From NCBI GenBank assembly GCA_035351775.1, contig DAOPWT010000002.1:1-50345 (forward strand): DNA of 50,345 bases, read 5' to 3'. Under the pieces are notes generated by a model. That model did not search any database and had not been told where the DNA came from. It worked only from the letters and a program-made list of their open reading frames with translations. Shown here one piece after another: positions 1-8,532 of the stretch (within the stretch, counting starts at the first letter, position 1; the number at the start of each line of letters is the position of its first letter). Source of the stretch: Bacillota bacterium. GTDB lineage: Bacteria; Bacillota; DTU025. Made by a program: the position numbers and the translations under genes.

Positions 1-2162
1 CCTGGGACCTCTATGCCTGTGACGCGCTTTTCGTTCATGCCGCTGACGCGTGGGTATATGACGATATCATGCGTGCCTTCTGGAACCTTCATCTCCCACA
101 CGCCCTTGGTCACTTCGTCCATCCAGTTCCAGTCGTCCCCGCCGTTGGGGTGCAAGCCAACGCCGGCTTGGGTGAAGGGCTTTCCATCGGAGATGAGCTT
201 GACGCGCAACAAGCCCGCCGGGTCGAAGTTCATCCTGACCTGAACCGTTTCGCCGGCCCGTACCTGGACTCCAGGCGCCTCTCTGCGCTGGGCGAATGGT
301 TCGGATATCTCGCCGACGACGTTGTACTTGCCCTCGGGCACGACTATCTCGACTCTATCCGACTGCACCACAGGGTTTCCGACTGAAGCGCCGTCGAGAT
401 AAGCCCACGCCCTGAGCCTGTCGGGCCTCATGGTTTTGCCCTCGATAGTCGGGATTATCGCGATCCGACCGGGCAACTTCACCTCTATGGTCAGATCCGT
501 GGTCTCGCCCGGCTTGACGTATGCTTCATGCATGTCGCTTTCGGTGTCGCGGTAGATGGCGCTTACGGCGTATACACCGGAAGCCACGAGCGCCTGGCGC
601 ATGCCGCCCACAAACGGCAACTCGATCTTGCCGTCGCGCCCTGCCGCAATCACCTTCGAGTCGGCGGTCACATCGCGCCCGCCGGCCACCACGCGCGCTC
701 TGAGAGCGCCGAGGAGGTCGTCGAGGGTCACTGTGATGCTGGCCGTTCGGCCGCCCGCCAACCGCACGCCGGGAACGGCTTTCTCGACCGCCACAACATC
801 TCGGTACATCACATTGAGATCATACGTTCCCGGCGTCGAGGTCCAACGGAACACGCGTCCATCGGTCGTGTTGCGCACAAGCTGTGCCGCCTGCCCCGGC
901 GCGAGCACGCTTAGCTGGCACAGGTTCGACACGACCGTTCCTCTGTATGTGACAGTCACTTCGAGCGTCGCCGGCAATTCGCCCAGGTTGACGTCGACGT
1001 ATGTATCCCGCCCGGTCTGCACCGTGGCCGTTGCCTGCCCGGTCAGCTCAGGATACTGCCTGTGGGTGACGATGACAGTGTAGTCGCCCGCCGGCAACGT
1101 TGCCGTTGGCGGGATCCCCGCCCAGCCGGCAGCCACAGCCCTGCCTGCCTCAAGCACTCGGATATCGACGCGGTCGCTCACATCCTGCCCGGATGCCTTC
1201 GCGGTCACGCGGACTCGGCCGTCAAGCGGCCCGAAGTCCAGCCTCACCACGCTCGTCTGGCCGGGCTTGGCCCCAATCCCTGCGGCCTGGGCCGTCAGGA
1301 TCTGCGAGCCAACGAGGAGCCTGCCGCGCACTATGTACTGTCCCTCGTCTACCTGCGCGCGCACGACCGGGGGGTCCTGCGCGGTGCGGGTCGACTGCAC
1401 GATCTCGCCGGTGGATTTCACGATTTCGATTTCGGCTTGCCTCGTTACGTTGGCTGTGCCCGCCCACGCCTGCACCTCTATTTGGGCGGGAGCCACAGCG
1501 CGGGCCATGATCGTCGCGAGAACCTGCCTGAGCGACGCCGTATCCGAAGCCGAGTAGTAATCGCCAATGCAGCGCACTAGGGCAGCCTGCTTCTCTGTGA
1601 GGGCAAACCCTACCACATATGGTTTCATCACGAATCCATCTGCCTGCAACCTGGCGGACACTGCGCACGGGTCGCCGCCGCAGCTTTCCTCGCCGTCGGT
1701 GATCAGCACGATTATGTTGCGAGCGTTCCTATCCGGGAAGTCCCGGGCCGCTTGCTCCAAAGAGAGCGCGATAGGAGTCATGCCCCTGGCCTTCATCGAC
1801 TTGACCTGATCGATCATGTTCTGCCTCGCCTTGGCCACGGGAGCGAAGGGTTGAACCAGCACCGTATCTTCGCACGGCGTCAGGTTAGGTCGCAGCTCGG
1901 CCCCGTAGATCCTGAGCGCCACCATGAGGTTGGGGTCTTCGGGGAGGTCGCGGATGAGCTGCTCCATGACGGCCTTGGCCACGTCCATTCTGGACTTCCA
2001 GCCCTCCACTCGAGTGCTCATGCTGATTGACGAGTCCAGAATCAGCTCCATGTAGGTCCTCTCGCCGGCGAGTGCCGTCTGCGCGCCTGCTAAAGACGAG
2101 ACGATGACCGCCAGTAAGCATGCGGTCATCGCCAGCAAAGTGATATGACGCGTGCGCTTCAA
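1..2162 (-). CDS. Exported von Willebrand factor A (VWA) domain protein with C-terminal beta-sandwich (PEGA/CarboxypepD_reg-like) repeats; 3' end cut by the window edge
   Basis: The minus-strand frame is open from the TTG at 2160-2162 to position 1, so it has no stop in the window and is absent from the ORF track. An AAGGAGGG SD lies about 9 nt upstream. The N-terminus is signal-like (LLAMTACLLAVIVSSLAGAQTALA). VWA MIDAS motifs DSSISMS and ITDGEES are present. At least 6 repeats follow, with LPAGDYTV / TPGTYDL / VPEGKYNV / VPEGTHDI type motifs. Confidence 0.8.
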   Translation of the reverse strand, partial: MKRTRHITLLAMTACLLAVIVSSLAGAQTALAGERTYMELILDSSISMSTRVEGWKSRMDVAKAVMEQLIRDLPEDPNLMVALRIYGAELRPNLTPCEDTVLVQPFAPVAKARQNMIDQVKSMKARGMTPIALSLEQAARDFPDRNARNIIVLITDGEESCGGDPCAVSARLQADGFVMKPYVVGFALTEKQAALVRCIGDYYSASDTASLRQVLATIMARAVAPAQIEVQAWAGTANVTRQAEIEIVKSTGEIVQSTRTAQDPPVVRAQVDEGQYIVRGRLLVGSQILTAQAAGIGAKPGQTSVVRLDFGPLDGRVRVTAKASGQDVSDRVDIRVLEAGRAVAAGWAGIPPTATLPAGDYTVIVTHRQYPELTGQATATVQTGRDTYVDVNLGELPATLEVTVTYRGTVVSNLCQLSVLAPGQAAQLVRNTTDGRVFRWTSTPGTYDLNVMYRDVVAVEKAVPGVRLAGGRTASITVTLDDLLGALRARVVAGGRDVTADSKVIAAGRDGKIELPFVGGMRQALVASGVYAVSAIYRDTESDMHEAYVKPGETTDLTIEVKLPGRIAIIPTIEGKTMRPDRLRAWAYLDGASVGNPVVQSDRVEIVVPEGKYNVVGEISEPFAQRREAPGVQVRAGETVQVRMNFDPAGLLRVKLISDGKPFTQAGVGLHPNGGDDWNWMDEVTKGVWEMKVPEGTHDIVIYPRVSGMNEKRVTGIEVP

Positions 2163-2286
2163 GGTGCAGTCCCTCCTTAGGAGTTGGCTATTTCCCGCCT
2201 GAAACCGATGGTTGCCCTGGCATGAAATGCACCTTGATTATTTGACAGCTACACGAGGATTCCTGCGCATTCAGAGATGGCTTCCG

Positions 2287-2311
2287 AAAAACGAACGACC
2301 CGTCGCGTTCG
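2287..2311 (-). terminator. Rho-independent-type terminator downstream of the Ddl-like gene
   Basis: On the minus strand this reads CGAACG-cgacgggt-CGTTCG followed by TTTTT. A second small hairpin (AAAGC..GCTTT) sits just upstream. It lies 68 nt after the stop of the 2379-3377 gene. Confidence 0.45.
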
Positions 2312-2378
2312 CCAAAGCCCCTTCAGGGAAGCTTTCGGCGGTGTTCGCCCGGGTCGCAGGGTGCAAAACCGTATCTGA

Positions 2379-3377
2379 TCAGTGGTAGTACCTCGTCCAC
2401 GCAGACCTGACTATCCAGTCGACCAGGTCATCGAAGCCCATTCCGGCGGCCTTGGCCTGCAGAGGCAGGAGGCTCACCTTGGACATGCCGGGGAGCGGGT
2501 TGATCTCAAGGAAGTTGGGGCGCCCCTCGGCGTCCAGCCGGAAATCGACTCTTGCCACGTCTCGGCATTCTATGGTCTCGAACACGCCCACTGCCATGTC
2601 GGAGATCTCCGCCGCAAGCTCAGGCGAAATGGGCGCCGGCACTCGGAATCGTTCAAGATTGCCGCTCTTGGTCTCGTATGAATAGACAAACTCATGGTCA
2701 GCGCTATCTCGGTCGCCCGGGACTACTTCCATGACCGGCAACACATGCGGTCGGCCGTTTCCGATGATTCCGACAGTGAACTCCCGCCCCGGGAGGAACT
2801 CCTCGACCAGTGCCGGCTGGCCATAGGTCTCCGTGATCCACTTGACCTTCTGGGCGAGCTCCTCACTGTTGTTTACCCTAGAGGAGTTGCGGATGCCCTT
2901 GCTCGATCCCTCGAAGTTGGGCTTCACGAACACAGGGAAGCCCAGATCCATGCGCGATGCTTCCTGCACAGAACTGACCTTGCGCCAGCGGGGGGTCCTG
3001 ATACCTGCAGTCGACACTACCCTCTTAGCCATGGCCTTGTCGAGGGCTATGCCTAGCGACAGAGCATCCGATCCTGTGAACGGGATATGGAGAAGCTCCA
3101 AGAGGGCGGGGATGAGAGACTCGCGGTTGCGCCCGAACCAGCCTTCGGCGATGTTGAACACCAGATCTGGACGGGCCTGATCCAATTTGTCCAGCATGTC
3201 GGGGTTATGAGGGAACAGCAAGACCTTCCGCGCAAGCCGTGCCAGAGAGGATGCCAATATTTCGACAGTCTCTTCCTCTTCGCACTCAGCCGCCAGGTCT
3301 GGAGGGTGGCCGTCTTCCCCTCCCTGGGTGGGGAAGTCCTTCTTCAGGTTGAAAGTAATCCCTACGGAGCTAATCAT
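2379..3377 (-). CDS. D-alanine--D-alanine ligase family ATP-grasp protein with a non-canonical N-terminal domain
   Basis: 332 aa. The C-terminal ATP-grasp part is Ddl-like (FVKPNFEGSSKGI, EEFLPGREFTVGIIG, ARVDFRLDAEGRPNFLEINPLPG). The N-terminus (ITFNLKKDF...AECEEEETVEIL) lacks the usual GGxSxEhxVS motif. Confidence 0.8.
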   Translation of the reverse strand: MISSVGITFNLKKDFPTQGGEDGHPPDLAAECEEEETVEILASSLARLARKVLLFPHNPDMLDKLDQARPDLVFNIAEGWFGRNRESLIPALLELLHIPFTGSDALSLGIALDKAMAKRVVSTAGIRTPRWRKVSSVQEASRMDLGFPVFVKPNFEGSSKGIRNSSRVNNSEELAQKVKWITETYGQPALVEEFLPGREFTVGIIGNGRPHVLPVMEVVPGDRDSADHEFVYSYETKSGNLERFRVPAPISPELAAEISDMAVGVFETIECRDVARVDFRLDAEGRPNFLEINPLPGMSKVSLLPLQAKAAGMGFDDLVDWIVRSAWTRYYH

Positions 3378-3674
3378 CTTCGCATACAGCTCCCCGTGCG
3401 ATTTTCGGGCTTGATGCCTGATTTAAGCTGATAATAGCTCCATGTGGCCCCAGAGTCGATGCGCCCTGCAGCCCGCACTCGGCGATGTGAAGCGCCGATG
3501 GCGACCGACATCGCCAGGGCTCCGCGTGTCTTCGATTCTTGCGCTTTCGCGTCCTCGTGCGAGTTCTTGCAGCTTGTTGCGCTGGCTGTCTTAGGGCGAA
3601 TATGCGACGCACATCCAAGGGAGAATAGTGGCAGCACAGTGTGTTATCCGACCAGACAGGGGTGCATCTTCATC

Positions 3675-4382
3675 ATGAACCTGCAAAAGCGGATTTTGGG
3701 ATCGGCATTTGTGTGCGCTCTAGTGGCGGCGGCGATACTCCTAGCGCCCGCGCCAGCGTCAGCTGAGGTGAGGCCGACTCTGTACTGGGGCACAAGGGGA
3801 CGATCTGTCAGGCTTGTCCAGTGGAAGCTTTCCGAATGGGGCTACTACCGTGGGTATGTGGACGGGGTATACGGCGCTCGGACCTACAGAGCGGTAGTAG
3901 CTTTTCAACGACGAAACGGTTTGCATGTTGACGGCCTTGTGGGCGGGCAGACATGGCGGGCATTGGGATTTGGCTACACGGTGGCGGCTGCGGCCAGGGC
4001 GCCGGCCACCTATGCGACGCCCTCCAGATCGGCGACGGTGCACCTTCTGGCGCGGGCGGTTGCCGCCGAATCGCATGGCGAGCCCTACCGTGGCCAGGTG
4101 GCCGTAGCGGCAGTCATGATGAACAGGCTGAGTAACCCGCGGTTTCCGCGCACGCTATCGGGCGTGATATTCCAGCCACATGCGCTTGAATCAGTCTCCA
4201 ACGGGCTTTACTGGCGCAGAACGCCGGACGCCACAGCCTACGCCGCGGCCCGAGACGCGGTGAACGGATTCGATCCCACGTATGGATCGATCTTCTTCTG
4301 GAACCCGTACAAGCCCGTGTCAGGGTGGATTTGGACCAGGAACATAGTGACGCAGATCGGAAAGCATGTATTCGCGCGATAG
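3675..4382 (+). CDS. sleB: Spore cortex-lytic enzyme SleB (signal peptide + PG_binding_1 + SleB hydrolase domain)
   Basis: I trimmed the track ORF 3444-4382 to the ATG at 3675. Signal peptide: MNLQKRILGSAFVCALVAAAILLAPAPASA. The PG-binding repeat is LVQWKLSEWGYYRGYVDGVYGARTYRAVVAFQRRNGL. The hydrolase domain is GEPYRGQVAVAAVMMNR...IFFWNP. Confidence 0.85.
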   Translation: MNLQKRILGSAFVCALVAAAILLAPAPASAEVRPTLYWGTRGRSVRLVQWKLSEWGYYRGYVDGVYGARTYRAVVAFQRRNGLHVDGLVGGQTWRALGFGYTVAAAARAPATYATPSRSATVHLLARAVAAESHGEPYRGQVAVAAVMMNRLSNPRFPRTLSGVIFQPHALESVSNGLYWRRTPDATAYAAARDAVNGFDPTYGSIFFWNPYKPVSGWIWTRNIVTQIGKHVFAR

Positions 4383-4408
4383 ACGGTTTCCTGCGAGGAG
4401 GAGACTTC

Positions 4409-4867
4409 ATGAGCTCGGCAATGAAGCGGAAGTTGATGGCCGGTTCGGCGGTGTTGATCGTAGCGACTGCGGTCGCAGTGGCACTGGTTATGCGCAGTGA
4501 TGCGCAGGGACGGGCAGGAGACTCCAATCTCCTCGCCCGCCTGGTGTCCGCTGAAGCCGAGGGCGAGCCGTACCAGGGGATGGTGGCTGTCGCGGCGGTG
4601 ATGCTCAATAGGGTGAAAGACTCGAAGTTCCCAAACACCATGTCGGGCGTGGTGTTCCAGCCCGGAGCATTCGAGTCCGTATCCAACGGGCTGATATGGC
4701 AGAGAAGCCCAAGTAGCCAGGCGGTGTCGGCAGCCCGAGACGCGCTCAACGGATATGATCCTACCTATGGGTGCCTGTTCTTCTGGAACCCATCCAAGCC
4801 CGTGTCGGGGTGGATATGGAGCAGGAGCATAGCCGTGCACATAGGTAATCATGTATTCGCTCGGTAA
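4409..4867 (+). CDS. SleB/CwlJ-family cell-wall hydrolase, membrane-anchored, without a PG-binding domain
   Basis: Trimmed to the ATG at 4409, which follows GAGGAGGAG. One N-terminal hydrophobic helix is followed by a hydrolase domain closely parallel to the sleB product (GEPYQGMVAVAAVMLNR...LFFWNPSKPVSGWIW). Confidence 0.85.
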   Translation: MSSAMKRKLMAGSAVLIVATAVAVALVMRSDAQGRAGDSNLLARLVSAEAEGEPYQGMVAVAAVMLNRVKDSKFPNTMSGVVFQPGAFESVSNGLIWQRSPSSQAVSAARDALNGYDPTYGCLFFWNPSKPVSGWIWSRSIAVHIGNHVFAR

Positions 4868-4885
4868 GGGGGGCATTTGTCGTAT

Positions 4886-6379
4886 ATGGCAGACGAGGTC
4901 AGTAACGTAGGGGACAATGTGGGCGCTGTGGGCGAAGGCGGAGGCGAGGGCACGGGTGAGGACCTGAGCGAGACCGGACGCGGCACCGACAGAATGGGGA
5001 GAACCGGCGCCAACTGGCCGGCTGCGCTTCTGGTCATACTGCTTATCGCAAGTGCAGTCTTTGGCTTCGCGCAGTGGAGTGCTAGGCGACGACTGGAGGT
5101 CGCTGTAGGAAACCAGTACTTCAACTCGTTCTTCGATCTTCTGGGCAATGTGGACAATGTGCGGGTGGCGCTATCCAAGAGCCTGGTATCGGGTTCGCCG
5201 CGCCTAAGAGTAGGCGCTCTGTCGGATGTATGGCGCGAGGCCAGCAATGCTCAGGCCAATCTGAACAGCCTGCCCGTGACGCATAAGGTGTTGGCGAGAA
5301 CATCGGCGTTTCTCACGCAGGTGGGCGACTTCGCTTTCGTGACGGCACGCAAGGTGGCCAATCAGCAGATGATGAGCGACGATGACTGGGATAGGCTTGT
5401 CAAAATGAAGGAGCAGTCGGAAGACTTGGCCCAGGGTCTTGCAGGCATGGAGGCTGAGGCCTCGTCAGGCAGGATCAACTGGGTGCGCGTGGCAGAGCAG
5501 GCGAAGAAGGAAGTGCCGGCAAAGCCGGGATCCAAGTCGACGCCTGAAGCAGTGACTGACGGTTTCACCAAAGTGGACGAGTCTGTGCAGCACTTTCCCA
5601 CGCTGATATATGACGGTCCGTTCTCCGACCATATCGAAAAGAGAGAGCCCGTCGGAGTCACGGGCGCCGCGATCGATGCCACGCAGGCAATCGAGATAGC
5701 CCGCAAATTCGTCCCGTTCGATGCCTCGGCCCATACAGGCAGAATCCAGGGCGAGGTGGACAGCAAGATGCCTGCGTATCGAGTGAGCCTTGACGCGCCT
5801 CGAAAGAGCGGTAAACCTGACGCCGTGGTTGACGTGACCAAGGTTGGCGGGCATGTAGTGCTCATAAACATATCGAGAGACATTGATCCGAAGAAGATCG
5901 ATCTTGAAGCCGCGGTGACCCGAGCCAGCGACTTCCTGTCGAGTGTCGGGATGACTAGCATGAAACCGACTTTCGCCTCGGAGGTGGGCGATGTCGCGGT
6001 CATTCCCTTCGTGTTCGTGCAGAATGGAGCGTACGTTTACCCCGATATGGTGAAGGTCAAAGTCGCGCTGGATAATGGGGACATACTCTCCTACGACGCG
6101 CTGGGGTTCCTCACTTCGCATCATACGCGCAAGTTGCCGAAGACCTCGATAGAGGCGGATGAGGCGAAGGAACTCCTAAGCCCTGCGCTCACTGTCAGCG
6201 CACCGCCGCGTCTTGCCGTGATCCCCGTAGAGACTGTGGCTACTCCCGAGGCCTTCTGCTGGGAGTTCCGCGGCACCTCTTTCGGAGAGGATTTCTTCGT
6301 GTATATCAACGCCGTAAGCGGTCAAGAGGAGAAGGTACTGCAGCTGATCAAGACGTCGGAGGGCAGCCTGACGATGTAG
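4886..6379 (+). CDS. ypeB: Germination protein YpeB (SleB partner; N-terminal TM helix, PepSY-type C-terminal domains)
   Basis: It sits immediately downstream of the sleB-family genes. A TM helix (WPAALLVILLIASAVFGFAQW) is followed by YpeB-like NQYFNSFFDLLGNVDNV...AFLTQVGDFAF. The start could be the ATG at 4886 (12 nt after GGGGGG) or the TTG at 4877. Confidence 0.8.
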   Translation: MADEVSNVGDNVGAVGEGGGEGTGEDLSETGRGTDRMGRTGANWPAALLVILLIASAVFGFAQWSARRRLEVAVGNQYFNSFFDLLGNVDNVRVALSKSLVSGSPRLRVGALSDVWREASNAQANLNSLPVTHKVLARTSAFLTQVGDFAFVTARKVANQQMMSDDDWDRLVKMKEQSEDLAQGLAGMEAEASSGRINWVRVAEQAKKEVPAKPGSKSTPEAVTDGFTKVDESVQHFPTLIYDGPFSDHIEKREPVGVTGAAIDATQAIEIARKFVPFDASAHTGRIQGEVDSKMPAYRVSLDAPRKSGKPDAVVDVTKVGGHVVLINISRDIDPKKIDLEAAVTRASDFLSSVGMTSMKPTFASEVGDVAVIPFVFVQNGAYVYPDMVKVKVALDNGDILSYDALGFLTSHHTRKLPKTSIEADEAKELLSPALTVSAPPRLAVIPVETVATPEAFCWEFRGTSFGEDFFVYINAVSGQEEKVLQLIKTSEGSLTM

Positions 6380-6477
6380 AGGCTGGCGACGCCGGCGCGG
6401 CAGGCGGCAGCGTGGAGGATGGTGCGGCACGGGTGTGGAACTACTCGGGCAGACCACGTACAAGCACTTAAATCGGC

Positions 6478-7092
6478 TTGGAGGTGTACGCGCTGGCCGA
6501 GCAGTATTTCACACCCTCTCCCACGTCTCGCCATGAGCGCCGGACGGTGTATTACCCAATGCCAGACGGGCGCGAACTAGTCTTTCAGACGGATGCAGGC
6601 GTTTTCTCCAAAGGCCGCATGGATCGCGGAACCCTTGAACTGATCAAGGCGATTCAGGGCGAGGACAGTGAGTCCTTTCTGGATCTGGGGTGCGGTTGGG
6701 GGCCAGTGGGAATTATCGCGGCTCTACTGCAACCGCGCAGTGAGGTTTGGATGGTTGACGTAAACGAGCGCGCCTGCGAACTGGCTCGCACGAACGCGCG
6801 GGCCAACGGCGCTCGGAATGCGGCAGTGGTATGCGGAGATGGTCTTTCGGCAGTCGGCGACAGGACATTCGACGTCATCGCCACGAATCCGCCGATAAGG
6901 GCGGGCAAGTCCGTCGTCTACAGGCTAGTGGAAGAAGCCCGAGATCACCTGAATCCTGGCGGTCGGTTTTACGCGGTGGCAAGGACGAAACAGGGTGCAG
7001 GCTCCTTGCGGGCGTTCATCTGCGCTACTTTCGGCAATGCCGATGAACCGGAGATAGGGGGAGGGTACCGTGTGATCCGGGCAACACGTTGA
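6478..7092 (+). CDS. Class I SAM-dependent methyltransferase (RsmC/YbxB-like small rRNA methyltransferase domain)
   Basis: FLDLGCGWGPVG matches the SAM motif I. VIATNPPIRAGK matches the NPPx catalytic motif. GVFSKGRMDRGTLEL is typical of this family. The start is uncertain (TTG 6478 or GTG 6484). Confidence 0.8.
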   Translation: MEVYALAEQYFTPSPTSRHERRTVYYPMPDGRELVFQTDAGVFSKGRMDRGTLELIKAIQGEDSESFLDLGCGWGPVGIIAALLQPRSEVWMVDVNERACELARTNARANGARNAAVVCGDGLSAVGDRTFDVIATNPPIRAGKSVVYRLVEEARDHLNPGGRFYAVARTKQGAGSLRAFICATFGNADEPEIGGGYRVIRATR

Positions 7093-7206
7093 GCCTCGGG
7101 GCTTATGGTAATCGCGGGCTGGTCCGCAGCATATCCTCCAAGTAGCTGAGGCCGCCACACAGGCGAGCCTGGGCCTTTGGAGGTCTGCCCCGTGAGGCCG
7201 CGAATT

Positions 7207-8433
7207 ATGATACTCATTTCCCAGAGGACCTGCGCGCTTGTGGCTGCCGTAGTTGCTGCAGGCATCATCCTGTATTTGCTCTCGACTTACGCAGTGACCG
7301 TCATTGCCCCTGTAAGAGATATTGTGTCGGGGCGCACCGTTGCCATAGACGCGGGGCACGGAGGGCCTGACTCCGGAGCTAGGGGGAAGAGCGGAATCCG
7401 CGAGAAGCACATCAACCTCCACATCGCATTGGAGCTTCGCGCGCTTTTGGGCCGTGCCGCGGTGTACACGGTCATGACGCGGGAGGCCGACCATGACCTG
7501 ATTGACGATGGGGAAGACATTACCGGTTCGCGCAAGCGGGCCGAGCTGGAGCGGCGTGCAATGCTAGTAAACGCGCGCTCGCCGGATGTCTTCGTGACGA
7601 TCCACTCCAACAGCTTCCCCGAATCCCAGTGGTCGGGGGCTCAGGTCTTCTATAACCCGGTCTCCGACGAGGGCAGAGCGTTGGCTGTCCACATCCAGGC
7701 CCAACTTGTGCAGCGCCTTGGCCCGAATACCAGGAAGGCGCGTCCGGCCGACATATACCTGCTTCGGAGGGTCAAGGCGCCGTCTGCCCTTGTGGAAGTG
7801 GGTTTCCTTTCGAATCCGCGGGAGGAGAGGCTGCTTTCGGACCCAGCGTATAGAGTGCGGGTAGCTGAGGCGGTATACCACGGCATCATCGATTACCTTG
7901 TGGATGCGGCTGGAAGGGAGCAACATCAGCCCACCGATTCAGACGGCTCTGATTGGGGCGCCGTGAGGAAGGTTGCCACAGCTCAGCTCTCCCCCGATTC
8001 GGCGGTGCTGTACTTCGGCGGACCGACCAACTTCGATGATTCGCTCATGCCCGAGGTGCGAGAGGTGCCGGGCCTGGCTGCCATGGGCCCGGCGGATGCG
8101 CTGACAGCGGTCATGCATAGCCTAGTGGCGGGCCCTGGGAAGGATAGCATCCTCCAGCCTACGATTCCCCGGGGGACTGTGTTGCGGTGGGTGAGGCTAT
8201 CGGGCGATGTGGCTTCAGTCAACTTGAGTGCGGAGTTCGTATCCAACCACTGGGGCGGAAGTCGAGCGGAGGAGATGACTGTATATTCGATAGTGAATAC
8301 CCTGACTGAGTTTGCCTATGTCAAGCGAGTGATACTGCTTGTCGAAGGCAAGCCAATCCAGAGTATAGCAGGACATATAGACATCGAAGAGCCGCTTGTA
8401 CGGAACTTGTCGATAGTGCATTTCCGGTCCTAG
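7207..8433 (+). CDS. cwlD: Germination-specific N-acetylmuramoyl-L-alanine amidase CwlD fused to a C-terminal GerMN domain
   Basis: An N-terminal TM helix precedes the Amidase_3 motifs (AIDAGHGGPDSGA, FVTIHSNSF, LVEVGFLSNPREE). After a linker comes a GerMN-like block (AVLYFGG...LVAGPGKDSILQPTIPRGT...VYSIVNTLTEF..VILLVEGKPI). The start is ATG 7207, or alternatively TTG 7177 or GTG 7192. Confidence 0.85.
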   Translation: MILISQRTCALVAAVVAAGIILYLLSTYAVTVIAPVRDIVSGRTVAIDAGHGGPDSGARGKSGIREKHINLHIALELRALLGRAAVYTVMTREADHDLIDDGEDITGSRKRAELERRAMLVNARSPDVFVTIHSNSFPESQWSGAQVFYNPVSDEGRALAVHIQAQLVQRLGPNTRKARPADIYLLRRVKAPSALVEVGFLSNPREERLLSDPAYRVRVAEAVYHGIIDYLVDAAGREQHQPTDSDGSDWGAVRKVATAQLSPDSAVLYFGGPTNFDDSLMPEVREVPGLAAMGPADALTAVMHSLVAGPGKDSILQPTIPRGTVLRWVRLSGDVASVNLSAEFVSNHWGGSRAEEMTVYSIVNTLTEFAYVKRVILLVEGKPIQSIAGHIDIEEPLVRNLSIVHFRS

Positions 8434-8532
8434 ACCCATAGAAAGGACAAACGGGGCTGTATGAAGAATACGTGCCTTTGGGCGCGCAGCACGATCGGGC
8501 CCGGATCTGGCGCGCCGTGGAGGTCAGATCAC

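Noticed and set aside
13-2121. Many overlapping track ORFs on both strands (for example 528-914, 556-1083, 1062-1580 and 1222-1668).
   Set aside because: Their translations are Arg/Pro/Ala/Ser-rich and lack motifs. They all lie inside the long minus-strand VWA gene frame that runs off the edge. These are typical high-GC off-frame artefacts.
2218-2231. TGGCAT-gaaa-TGCA, which resembles a sigma-54 -24/-12 promoter. It was noticed because rpoN is in the window.
   Set aside because: The GG-to-GC offset is 10 nt instead of 12. It is also on the + strand, while both flanking genes are on the - strand. Other TGGCAC occurrences are inside coding regions and lack a properly spaced TTGC.
3598-3627. 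GAATA-18nt-GAGAATA upstream of sleB, a possible forespore sigma-G-type promoter (GHATR-17/18-CATxxTA).
   Set aside because: The -35 fits, but the -10 element matches only 3 of the 5 specified positions. That is not enough to call without comparative data.
3444-3674. N-terminal extensions in the track ORFs. These are 3444 for sleB, and likewise 4325, 8461, 9735, 13706, 18691, 30793, 42224, 43168, 44702 and 47920.
   Set aside because: The upstream parts are non-protein-like or overlap the preceding gene. Internal starts with good SD spacing give N-termini that match family expectations (signal peptides, MurA residue numbering and so on).
3378-3674. A possible c-di-AMP (ydaO-type) riboswitch in the 297-nt region before the cell-wall hydrolase gene.
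   Set aside because: None of the conserved ydaO blocks I recall (GGGGACCCA, GGUGAAUC, CCGUCAGCUAAC-like) are present. Only generic hairpins are seen, such as GGCGATG...CATCGCC at 3489-3525.
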